IMG/VR virus record: IMGVR_UViG_3300046804_003469
Span: 1-64,000 of that record
DNA: 64,000 nucleotides
Strand: one strand, 5' to 3'
The translations under genes were made by a program, and so were the position numbers. The stretch's first letter is position 1, and every line of letters starts with the position of its first letter. This document shows, piece by piece, positions 55,789 to 64,000 of the stretch. Below the pieces are notes generated by a model. It ran no database searches and was not told the origin of the DNA. It saw nothing but the letters and a program-made list of their open reading frames with translations.

Positions 55789-56369
55789 TGCCAAAGAAAA
55801 AAAATTATGAAACCATAAGATATGGTAATAAAGATGGTGAAATTAAATTTGGACACATTCATAATGATGAAGTTTTATCTGCATACATGGTAAGAAGTGG
55901 GTATGATTTTAGACATTACACTACCATGGATGCCGATGGTAAAAGAAAAGGATGGACAACTAATAAATGTCCAGCAGTTTATCAAATAGAATGTGGAGAA
56001 GATGTAGATTCTAAAAAAGTATCTCTTTATATACATGCAATTAAAGGAGATATTGTATTAAAAGCATCTGATGGAAACATTAGACTTCAAGCAGCTGGTA
56101 ATATTGATATACTTGCGAATGGACATGATAATAAAAATGGTAATATTACAATAGAATCAAACGAAAAGGTAGAAATTAAATCAAAAAATATTGAATGTAC
56201 TGCAACTTCTGTAGCAAAGTTTTTTTCTTCTGGAACATGCAAAGTAGTTGGTGATTCAATGTTGGATATATATGGTGGTCTTGCTGCTTGTGCAACAGGA
56301 GCATCTAAGTTAAATAAATCTAAATATTCGACTGAACCAGAAAAAGAAAATAATTCATTCTTAGCATAG
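55788..56369 (+). CDS. gp5 C-terminal-like beta-helix protein
   Basis: Repeats GDIVLKA, GNIRLQA, GNIDILA, GNITIES. Confidence 0.55.
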   Translation: MPKKKNYETIRYGNKDGEIKFGHIHNDEVLSAYMVRSGYDFRHYTTMDADGKRKGWTTNKCPAVYQIECGEDVDSKKVSLYIHAIKGDIVLKASDGNIRLQAAGNIDILANGHDNKNGNITIESNEKVEIKSKNIECTATSVAKFFSSGTCKVVGDSMLDIYGGLAACATGASKLNKSKYSTEPEKENNSFLA

Positions 56370-56378
56370 GAGAAAAAT

Positions 56379-57047
56379 ATGTTATTTGATGATCTTGCAG
56401 TAGGAAAAAGACTGTTTGTAGGAAATGGTAAACCAGAAATTCTTGGAAGAGGACCTTTGGAAGTTCGTGGTTCTGCCTATATTGAAGGTCCAGAAATTGT
56501 AGGTAATCCTAACCAATTTAAAACTCCTTCTCCAACTGAATTGGGAACTTTGATGTGTGGTCAGACGACAAACGTTGAAATGAAACCAATTCCTTTTTAT
56601 TCATTGTTTGTGAGAACTTTTGCCAGAATTAAAAGTTTTCTAAAAGTTGATACACTTTTGACCGTTGAACTTATCAACGCAAAAATAGTACATACAGAAG
56701 TTCTTATGGCAAAAACTAAGAACTTTATAATTGATCATCCAACAAAAAATGATAAAAAGTTAATTCATGCATGTTTAGAAGGTGCAGAAAATGGTGTTTA
56801 TGTAAGAGGAAGACTGACAAATTCAGATGAAATTAAATTGCCATATTACTGGTGCAAATTAGTAGATCCTGCATCAATTACTATATCCTTGACACCTATT
56901 GGATCACACCAAGATCTTTGTATTAAAAGATTAACATCAGATTCAGTTATCATTCAATCCAGACCAGGACAAATAATTGATTGCTTCTATCACATTTTTG
57001 CAGAAAGAGTAGATGTAGAAAAACTAACAACGGAGATTGATTCATGA
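56379..57047 (+). CDS. Tail-associated protein with chaperone-like C-terminal domain
   Basis: KNFIIDHPTK..LIHACLEGAE.GVYVRG..LP.YW..AER.D. Confidence 0.6.
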   Translation: MLFDDLAVGKRLFVGNGKPEILGRGPLEVRGSAYIEGPEIVGNPNQFKTPSPTELGTLMCGQTTNVEMKPIPFYSLFVRTFARIKSFLKVDTLLTVELINAKIVHTEVLMAKTKNFIIDHPTKNDKKLIHACLEGAENGVYVRGRLTNSDEIKLPYYWCKLVDPASITISLTPIGSHQDLCIKRLTSDSVIIQSRPGQIIDCFYHIFAERVDVEKLTTEIDS

Positions 57048-57880
57048 CATTTACTTTTAAACATTATGGTACTTTTACTGGACCAAATAGTATAAACGGC
57101 GATTATCTTTATGATACTATATCACAAGAAGGAACGTGGCAAAATTTTCTACCAAATGATCCATCATTTAAACTAACTGATATTGCGGTAGTTTTATACA
57201 ATAATCAGGCAGATTATTGTGGAATGTATGTGAACGGTATTTCTTGCAGTACTTTAAATATTGCAAAAAACACTGGAAATTTATCACTTCTCAATATTAT
57301 GTCCAGTAATACAATATTCGCTGGAAGAACTATTACAAATGGAAATGTTTTAATTAATGGTGCTACTATTATTAATGGATCTCTTGTAGTAAATGGAGGT
57401 ATTAGTGGACCTACAATTACCAGTATTTACGCACAAATCGCATCAAAAAAATCTTTTGATATCCCACATCCTACTAAAAAGAATTATCGTTTAAGATATA
57501 TTTGTTTAGAAGGACCAGATGCTGAAGTTTATATAAGAGGGAAATTAGAAAATAAAAATATTATTGAACTTCCAGAATATTGGAAAAAATTAGTTCATGA
57601 GGAGACCATTGGTGTTTCTTTAACACCAATCGGTTATCATCAAGAATTATATGTAGAAAGAATTGAAGACGGTACGAAAATTTTTATTAAAAATAATAAA
57701 GAAGAAAATATTAATTGCACATACGTTGTCTATGGTGAAAGAAAAGATTGTAGTAAAAATATTTCTGAGTATAAAGGAACTTCTGCAGAAAATTATCCAG
57801 GTAACAATAATGAATATGTAATTAATGGTGGTTTAAGGAGAAATATCTTCAATATTACTTCTTTACCATCAAATAAATAA
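57044..57880 (+). CDS. Tail-associated protein, paralogous C-terminal domain
   Basis: KSFDIPHPTK..LRYICLEGPD.EVYIRG..LPEYW..GERKD. Confidence 0.6.
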   Translation: MTFTFKHYGTFTGPNSINGDYLYDTISQEGTWQNFLPNDPSFKLTDIAVVLYNNQADYCGMYVNGISCSTLNIAKNTGNLSLLNIMSSNTIFAGRTITNGNVLINGATIINGSLVVNGGISGPTITSIYAQIASKKSFDIPHPTKKNYRLRYICLEGPDAEVYIRGKLENKNIIELPEYWKKLVHEETIGVSLTPIGYHQELYVERIEDGTKIFIKNNKEENINCTYVVYGERKDCSKNISEYKGTSAENYPGNNNEYVINGGLRRNIFNITSLPSNK

Positions 57881-57905
57881 AGATTAAAGGTATACAATCG
57901 TTATT

Positions 57906-58727
57906 ATGGCTGATTTTTTACCAGCACAAGGAGTGCTAACAATATTAGCGAATCAAAAATTAACATTAGCATCTGCTAATAGTGACGGAATAGGTCCAAA
58001 TCTTACATTGGCATCAAATAATGTATCAGAATATAAAACTTATGCATCTCAACTTGATTCAAAAATACTTCCGTTAATCAATGAGATTAATGCAAAAAAA
58101 CAACAAATTGTAAGTATTTGTGCATTAGCAGGAGCATCAGTTGGAGGAGGAAAAAATCCACCACTTTGCGGACTTTCAACAATTGCATCTAGTATTACAA
58201 CTCAATATTCTGGAATTGCAACTAGTCCTGTAATTACTGGTTTTGGAACAGCAAAAGGAGATACCGTTGGATTAGGAACTACTGCAGTAATTGCTTATGG
58301 AACAATATATCAAGATACTTTACAAGGATATTATTTTCCAAATTTAGAGAATGGAGTTTACAATACCACAAATCCATTAGAGAATCCTGCTTATGCTAGA
58401 ATTACATCATCATCAAATTTAGGAATAGGTCAAAGTACTAATTTATTCATTAATGATTCTGGGGGTAGTTTTCTTGGTTATTGTTATGCGTTTAGTGGAC
58501 CTGCTGGAACATGTGCTGGATATGCGTCTTCAATTTCAACTCTTATTTCTCAAATTACTGCCATAAGATCTAATATTATTTCGAATTATTTAAATAATCC
58601 AACTACAATAAAGGGTTATAAACATTCATCACAATTGCAAGTATGGTCTTTGAATAATGTTAAACTTGATAATACATCTAGTTCATCTGCAATTGATAAT
58701 GTTACAAATATTATCAAGAATATTTGA
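57906..58727 (+). CDS. Hypothetical virion protein
   Basis: Ser/Thr/Gly-rich with G(L/I)GT motifs; TAAATA upstream. Confidence 0.6.
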   Translation: MADFLPAQGVLTILANQKLTLASANSDGIGPNLTLASNNVSEYKTYASQLDSKILPLINEINAKKQQIVSICALAGASVGGGKNPPLCGLSTIASSITTQYSGIATSPVITGFGTAKGDTVGLGTTAVIAYGTIYQDTLQGYYFPNLENGVYNTTNPLENPAYARITSSSNLGIGQSTNLFINDSGGSFLGYCYAFSGPAGTCAGYASSISTLISQITAIRSNIISNYLNNPTTIKGYKHSSQLQVWSLNNVKLDNTSSSSAIDNVTNIIKNI

Positions 58728-58737
58728 TAGGTATCAC

Positions 58738-58766
58738 TTGACAACCACGACCATCCGTGATATGAT
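58738..58766 (+). promoter_or_regulatory. Sigma70-type promoter TTGACA-17-TATGAT
   Basis: Hexamers at 58738 and 58761. Confidence 0.8.
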
Positions 58767-58792
58767 AGTGAGGTAATCAAATCAATGAGTAA

Positions 58793-58990
58793 ATGACCTC
58801 AGAAATTGAACAGGAAGAATATCTGTCTCGTTGTGTTGTAGACACAAGTAGTCGGACTTTTAATCTTTATTCCAGTCTTGGTAATGAAAAGGTCGTAACT
58901 TGTGATACTATGGATGAGTTCATGAACGTTCTTATGTTTGTTCGCAACACAGTTCACGAAGATGAATTAGTCTACGCAAGTCCCCTCTAA
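58793..58990 (+). CDS. Conserved small hypothetical protein
   Basis: CVVD..RTFNLYS..CDTMDEFMNVL. Confidence 0.7.
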   Translation: MTSEIEQEEYLSRCVVDTSSRTFNLYSSLGNEKVVTCDTMDEFMNVLMFVRNTVHEDELVYASPL

Positions 58991-58996
58991 AAACAC

Positions 58997-59025
58997 TTGA
59001 CAGAGTAATATACATATGTTATTCT
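58997..59025 (+). promoter_or_regulatory. Sigma70-type promoter for the tRNA, TTGACA-17-TATTCT
   Basis: Ends 9 nt before tRNA-Gly. Confidence 0.75.
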
Positions 59026-59034
59026 GTTATACAT

Positions 59035-59106
59035 GCGGATGTAACTCAACGGTAGAGTGCCATCCTTCCAAGTTGGAAGTTGCGGGTTCGAATCCCGTCA
59101 TCCGCT
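59035..59106 (+). tRNA. trnG: tRNA-Gly(TCC)
   Basis: GCGGATG/CATCCGC acceptor stem, loop CT-TCC-AA, GCGGG-TTCGAAT-CCCGT; no encoded CCA. Confidence 0.9.
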
Positions 59107-59216
59107 TACCAAAATTGAATTTTATTTTCATTTTTGGTCGAAAAATTTTCCAGGAATTTTTTTCTATATTAGATTTTTGAAAATTTTTCTAAATAAACAA
59201 AAGTAGGAATTATCCT

Positions 59217-59486
59217 ATGAAGTACAGGATTGATGCCAGATATGTATGGTATAATCAAGGATCTCAAATAGTCCTAATGTACTTTATTCAAAATATTCCA
59301 TTTACTTTTGATGAACTTCCAGATACTGCCAAACAGGATTTGGAATTAATTCATTTGGCAGATCAAGAAAAACGTTGGGATCCTGAAGACTTATATCAAG
59401 CATCTTTTTATCTTATAGATGAAGAGTGTCATCCAATGCTTTTCGAATTGGACTTAGAAAATCCAGAAATACTGCCTTGTGATTAA
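59217..59486 (+). CDS. Conserved hypothetical protein
   Basis: IVLMYFI..PFTFDELP, YLIDEECHP. Confidence 0.7.
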   Translation: MKYRIDARYVWYNQGSQIVLMYFIQNIPFTFDELPDTAKQDLELIHLADQEKRWDPEDLYQASFYLIDEECHPMLFELDLENPEILPCD

Positions 59487-59487
59487 T

Positions 59488-59561
59488 GCCTTTGTAGCTC
59501 AGTTGGATAGAGCAGGGCTTTTGTAAAGCTCAGGTCGCAAGTTCAAGTCTTGTCAGGGGCT
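59488..59561 (+). tRNA. trnT: tRNA-Thr(TGT)
   Basis: GCCTTTG/CAGGGGC acceptor stem, GGGCT-TTTGTAA-AGCTC, GCAAG-TTCAAGT-CTTGT. Confidence 0.9.
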
Positions 59562-59580
59562 TAAGTTTATAAAAACTTAT

Positions 59581-59751
59581 ATGAAAATCAATCTCTGGTA
59601 TTGCAAAGATATGAAACAATGGCGCTGGACATTGTGTGATGATTCTCGTCCTATTGTTAAGCAAGAATCAGGTCAACAACCAGATTTAAGAGATGCCATG
59701 AACGATGTTGCGAGTACCGTTGAATATATACTTGACAAACAACATAATTGA
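59581..59751 (+). CDS. 56-aa hypothetical protein (not in ORF track)
   Basis: MKINLWYCKDMKQWRWTL..QESG..LRDAMNDVASTVEY. Confidence 0.7.
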   Translation: MKINLWYCKDMKQWRWTLCDDSRPIVKQESGQQPDLRDAMNDVASTVEYILDKQHN

Positions 59752-59766
59752 TGGGATAATATATAA

Positions 59767-59836
59767 GGTGATACTGAACCAAAATCCCTTCCGTGTGACT
59801 TCTAAAACCTCCAAGAAATTGGAGGTTTTGTTGTTT
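59767..59836 (+). ncRNA. Candidate ~70-nt small RNA
   Basis: TTGACA(59732)-17-GATAAT promoter, no ATG-initiated ORF, ends in AAAACCTCCAA-gaaa-TTGGAGGTTTT hairpin. Confidence 0.5.
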
Positions 59837-59873
59837 GATAAATAATCCATAACGGAACTTACATAGAAATAAA

Positions 59874-62800
59874 ATGGGTCTTTCCAGATTAGATAATTTT
59901 CTGAAGTCAACCAGAGGTACAGTTTTATATGTTGACCCTAATAGTCTTGATGCTACAGATAGCATTGAAAATTTAGGAAACTCTTTAACTAGACCATTTA
60001 AGACTATTCAAAGAGCCCTGATCGAAGCAGCAAGATTTTCATATCAACAAGGATTTAATAATGATAGATTTGGTAAGACCACTATCATGTTATATCCAGG
60101 AGAACATATTGTAGATAATAGACCTGGATGGATACCAAATGCTTCTTCTTTTGTGTTGAGAGATGGTACAACCTCAACAGATTTTACTGCGTGGAATAAT
60201 ATTACAAATTTTGATTTAACAACATCAAATAATGCCCTTTATAAACTAAACAGTATTCATGGTGGTGTAATTATACCAAGAGGTTGTTCTATTGTTGGTA
60301 TGGATCTTAGAAAAACTAAGATTCGTCCAACTTATGTTCCAAACCCAGCAAATGATTCCATTGAAAGATCCGCAATTTTCAGAGTAACTGGTGGTTGCTA
60401 TTTCTGGCAGTTTAGTATTTTTGATGCAGATCCAAACTCAATCTGTTTTAAAGATTATACATCTAATACTTTCTTACCTAATTTTTCTCACCATAAACTT
60501 TCCGTATTTGAATATGCGGATGGATATAATCCTGTTTATATTGCTGATGACTTTTTAGCATATTCAGATACCCGCACTGATCTGGATATGTATTATGAAA
60601 AAGTTGGTATCGTTTATGGACAAGCAACAGGAAGAGCAATTACTCCAGATTATCCTTCCACTCTTGTTGATATTCAACCAGTTATTGATGAATATCAAAT
60701 TGTTGGTTCTAGAGGATCTACTGTAGGAATTACCAGTATAATCTCTGGCGATGGAGTAAATGCTACCACAACAATTACAGTAACGACAGATACAGCATTA
60801 CCTGCAATTAATGTCGATACGCCAATTCAAATACTGGGTGTTGGATCTCCTGGTTATGATGGTCAATATGTTATAAATCAAGTTGTAAATCCATATACCA
60901 TAAAATACTTAGTTCCAACAGTTCCAACTGTAGCAAGACCAAGTTCTTTAGGGGCAACTCTTAATATTGCTGTAGATACAGTAAATTCTTCATCTCCATA
61001 TATTTTCAACGTTTCATTAAGATCTGTCTATGGAATGTGTGGAATAAATGCAGATGGCAGCAAAGCCACTGGATTTAAGAGTATGGTTGTTGCTCAATTC
61101 ACTGGAATTGGACTACAAAAAGATGATAATGCCTTTGTTCGATACAATTATTCTACAGGACAATATGAAGATTCTACATCAATAGTTAATCTTCATAGCG
61201 ATTCAAAGGCAGTATTTAAACCATCATATGAAAATTTCCATATTAAAGCATCTAATAATGCATATTTACAGTTAGTTTCTGTATTTGCTATTGGTTTTGC
61301 AAATCACTTTGTTGTTGAATCTGGTGGTGATTTTTCAATTAATAATTCAAACTCTAACTTTGGTTCTAAATCTTTAGTAGCATCTGGATTTAGAGATAAT
61401 TCATTTCCTCAAGATGATATTGGATATGTAACCCATATTATTCCACCAAAACAAATTGAAGCATCGGAAGTTAATTTAGAATATGACGCAATTGATGTAG
61501 CACTTACTGTAGGTGTTGGTAATACTAGTAGATTATATCTTTATGGGGAAAATAATTTTGGTGATCCACCACCAGCAGTTATTGATGGTTATAGAATCGG
61601 TGCAAGGTCTAATGAAAAAATTTATGTGCAAGTTTCGCAAGGAGGTGAAACTCAAACATATTCATCACGCATTATCATGCCAGATACTGCGTTTACATAT
61701 GTTCAAACATCATCTCAAAAAATTGCATTTGTAAACAAACAAAGTGTTACAAATCTTGTTGGACTTGGAAATAGCATTTCTAATAATGTTATTACTTTTT
61801 CATATCCACACCAATTTTTAAATGGCGAATCAATTCGTATTTTAAGTGATGATGGTCACTTACCAGATGGCATAACTCCAAATGAAGTATATTATGCAAT
61901 TACAACTGGATTAAATATTGATCAGATTAAAGTCGCTCAAACTTTAAGTGATGCTATTAATGGTCAAGCAATTGACATTAATGCTCAAGGAGGTAATTTA
62001 TACGTTGTAAGTAGAGTATCTGATAAAAATTCTGGAGATTATGGTCATCCAGTTCAATGGGATGCTACAAATAACAACTGGTACATTAATGTAAGTACTG
62101 TTGCGGAAAATGAAATTTATTCCTTAATCACTAATTTGGGAGTTGCAAACTTAGGTAACGCAACACCTAGAACTTATATTAAAAGAGTACCTGATAGTAG
62201 AGGATTAATTGATACAATTTATAGATTGAGATATGTTATACCAAAAGATTCTTCGGTAACTGCAAGACCACCTCTTGATGGATATATCTTACAGGTATCT
62301 AATAATGTTATTGGTGCTGGCACGTCAGAAATACAAAAATATTTTAATCCAAATAATGCAACATTATCTAGATCAACAGACTTAAGAAATCCTAGTTTTA
62401 TTTCTGGAGCATTCTGGTATGGTGGTTATGCATTTATCAATACAGAGTTACCACATAGATTATCATTAGGATCTATTGTTCAGATATCAAATGTAAAGAG
62501 TACAGGAAATCCAACTGGAACTTATGGTCTTGGTTTTAATAATGTATTCCAAGTTGTTCAAATTTCAAACGCTAAGCAATTTACAGTTATTCTTACGATA
62601 CCTCCAGGTACTTTTACAAATAATACTTCTTCTAGAGATTCAAGTCTTCCATATTTCCAGAGAAAATCAACTTATGGAACTTATCAAATTTATAGAAGTT
62701 CTGAAATTAAAAAATATATTCCTTCCATTCAAGATGGTGTTTATCATTTAATTATTACAAATTCTTCAAACTCACCAACTGTTACACCATTCAATAACTT

Positions 62801-64000
62801 AAAATTCTCACAACCAATTCAAAATCTTTATCCACAAACAAATAGAGATAATCCATCATCAGATCCAAATCCATCACAATGTTATGCAGTATCTGATCAA
62901 ATTGGTAGAGTTGTTATTAATGATCCTCAAAATAGCATCAGTAAGGAATCTCTTGCAAGAGGATTATATGATGTAAATGTTGCTTTTGCTATCACGGACA
63001 TTTCCACAAAAACCACATATAATGATCATATATTTTACACAGCGATTGATCATGGACTTTCTGGTATTACATCAGTAAGTATTTTATCTGGAGGAAGTAG
63101 TTATGTTCCAGGAACTTATTATAATGCAAGCCTTGTTGGTATTGGAACTTCTGTAACTGGCTCAAATGCATCTGCATTAGTTGTAGTTAATGCTTCTGGA
63201 AATGTTTCAAACGTCCAAATTATGGATGGTGGTAGTGCTTATGGCATAGGAAATACTTTATCAGTTACAGGTATAGGAACTGCAGGTTCTCCAGGATCTG
63301 GTGCAGTTGTACAAGTAACTAGTATTATAGATCCAACTAATGATACCTTGTCCATTCTTGGTATTAGTAGTTTTGCATTCTTAAATTATAATACTCTGTA
63401 TAGAATTACAGGAGTAGATGTTGGAAAACCAAAAGAAATTAATGTAAAATCATCTGAAATAATTACTGGAATTACGACTTTAGTTCTTGGTACTGGAGTT
63501 GTACAAACTGCGGGTGTTTCTAATGCTGGAAAATCCATAGGAGTATCTTCATTAACTTATGATAGAATAACAGGAATTTCTACATTAAACTTTACAAATG
63601 CTCATGGATTTAAAGTTGATAATAAGATTAGACTTTCTGGATGTGATGATACATTCTTTGAGTCTAAAGATTATATTGTTAAGAGAGTAAATAATTTATC
63701 ATCTATTTCTATTAATACTGGTATTACTACAGTTGCAGTTTCTACTGGTGGAACTTCAATTTATGCTTTAAGACATTCATTCTCATCGTATGGAGGTGAT
63801 GTTGATACTGATAATGAAAATACTTCTGGTCGTATTATTCCTGCATATGGTGGATCTACAACATTATTAACTCAAACAGTTCTTTCGACAACATCAGATA
63901 GCGTTGCATTTGTAATTACTGATGCTGTACAATCAGGATTAAAAATTGGTGATTATCTATCAATTAATGATGAAATTGTTAGAATTAGACAAAACGTTAC
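59874..64000 (+). CDS. Very large virion structural/fibre protein, runs off the window
   Basis: MGLSRLDNFLKS..YVDP..RPFKTIQRALIEAARFSY..; absent from the ORF track, consistent with no stop in the window; ATAAATA at 59838. Confidence 0.85.
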   Translation, partial: MGLSRLDNFLKSTRGTVLYVDPNSLDATDSIENLGNSLTRPFKTIQRALIEAARFSYQQGFNNDRFGKTTIMLYPGEHIVDNRPGWIPNASSFVLRDGTTSTDFTAWNNITNFDLTTSNNALYKLNSIHGGVIIPRGCSIVGMDLRKTKIRPTYVPNPANDSIERSAIFRVTGGCYFWQFSIFDADPNSICFKDYTSNTFLPNFSHHKLSVFEYADGYNPVYIADDFLAYSDTRTDLDMYYEKVGIVYGQATGRAITPDYPSTLVDIQPVIDEYQIVGSRGSTVGITSIISGDGVNATTTITVTTDTALPAINVDTPIQILGVGSPGYDGQYVINQVVNPYTIKYLVPTVPTVARPSSLGATLNIAVDTVNSSSPYIFNVSLRSVYGMCGINADGSKATGFKSMVVAQFTGIGLQKDDNAFVRYNYSTGQYEDSTSIVNLHSDSKAVFKPSYENFHIKASNNAYLQLVSVFAIGFANHFVVESGGDFSINNSNSNFGSKSLVASGFRDNSFPQDDIGYVTHIIPPKQIEASEVNLEYDAIDVALTVGVGNTSRLYLYGENNFGDPPPAVIDGYRIGARSNEKIYVQVSQGGETQTYSSRIIMPDTAFTYVQTSSQKIAFVNKQSVTNLVGLGNSISNNVITFSYPHQFLNGESIRILSDDGHLPDGITPNEVYYAITTGLNIDQIKVAQTLSDAINGQAIDINAQGGNLYVVSRVSDKNSGDYGHPVQWDATNNNWYINVSTVAENEIYSLITNLGVANLGNATPRTYIKRVPDSRGLIDTIYRLRYVIPKDSSVTARPPLDGYILQVSNNVIGAGTSEIQKYFNPNNATLSRSTDLRNPSFISGAFWYGGYAFINTELPHRLSLGSIVQISNVKSTGNPTGTYGLGFNNVFQVVQISNAKQFTVILTIPPGTFTNNTSSRDSSLPYFQRKSTYGTYQIYRSSEIKKYIPSIQDGVYHLIITNSSNSPTVTPFNNLKFSQPIQNLYPQTNRDNPSSDPNPSQCYAVSDQIGRVVINDPQNSISKESLARGLYDVNVAFAITDISTKTTYNDHIFYTAIDHGLSGITSVSILSGGSSYVPGTYYNASLVGIGTSVTGSNASALVVVNASGNVSNVQIMDGGSAYGIGNTLSVTGIGTAGSPGSGAVVQVTSIIDPTNDTLSILGISSFAFLNYNTLYRITGVDVGKPKEINVKSSEIITGITTLVLGTGVVQTAGVSNAGKSIGVSSLTYDRITGISTLNFTNAHGFKVDNKIRLSGCDDTFFESKDYIVKRVNNLSSISINTGITTVAVSTGGTSIYALRHSFSSYGGDVDTDNENTSGRIIPAYGGSTTLLTQTVLSTTSDSVAFVITDAVQSGLKIGDYLSINDEIVRIRQNV

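Noticed and set aside
59657-59965. Minus-strand ORFs of 102 and 74 aa
   Set aside because: They overlap a plus-strand gene, a promoter, a terminator and the start of the large structural gene.
1-64000. Stop-codon reassignment or suppressor tRNA
   Set aside because: Core genes are full length in the standard code, TAG, TGA and TAA all end genes, and both tRNAs have sense anticodons.

Overview
This is a 64-kb fragment of an AT-rich T4-like cyanophage (cyanomyovirus); the psbA, psbD, hli and porin sequences point to a Synechococcus/Cyanobium-type host. Layout: (1) 1-19.7 kb, a large glycan-biosynthesis island (NDP-sugar epimerases and dehydrogenases, three GT11, a GT6, GT25-like and other glycosyltransferases, methyl/acetyl/aminotransferases) with an embedded NAD synthetase. 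(2) 19.7-23.5 kb, host-like genes: a Som-type porin and pstS with Pho-box-like repeats, two hli genes and a peroxiredoxin. (3) 23.5-30.2 kb, late genes: a lysis-like cassette, a four-gene minus-strand operon of exported proteins, DUF1003 and microproteins. (4) 30.2-33.4 kb, psbA with a structured leader, a transmembrane microprotein, psbD and a LOG-family gene. (5) 33.4-41.3 kb, the core block with glutaredoxin, speD, thyX, phoH, exonuclease, gp33, gp59 and gp32. (6) 41.3-64 kb, baseplate and tail genes (gp53, gp48, gp2, gp4, gp26, gp51, two tape-measure-like hydrolase proteins, hub, CP12, gp5), two tRNAs, a candidate sRNA and the start of a very large virion protein. The strongest unexplained signals are two textbook-looking -1 ribosomal frameshift sites (one would fuse gp26 to gp51 just before the tape-measure-like gene; one would release the N-terminal domain shared by two cell-wall hydrolases as a free 51-aa protein) and a late operon that resembles a small trans-envelope secretion or pore system. 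All calls come from motif recognition by eye; no searches were run.
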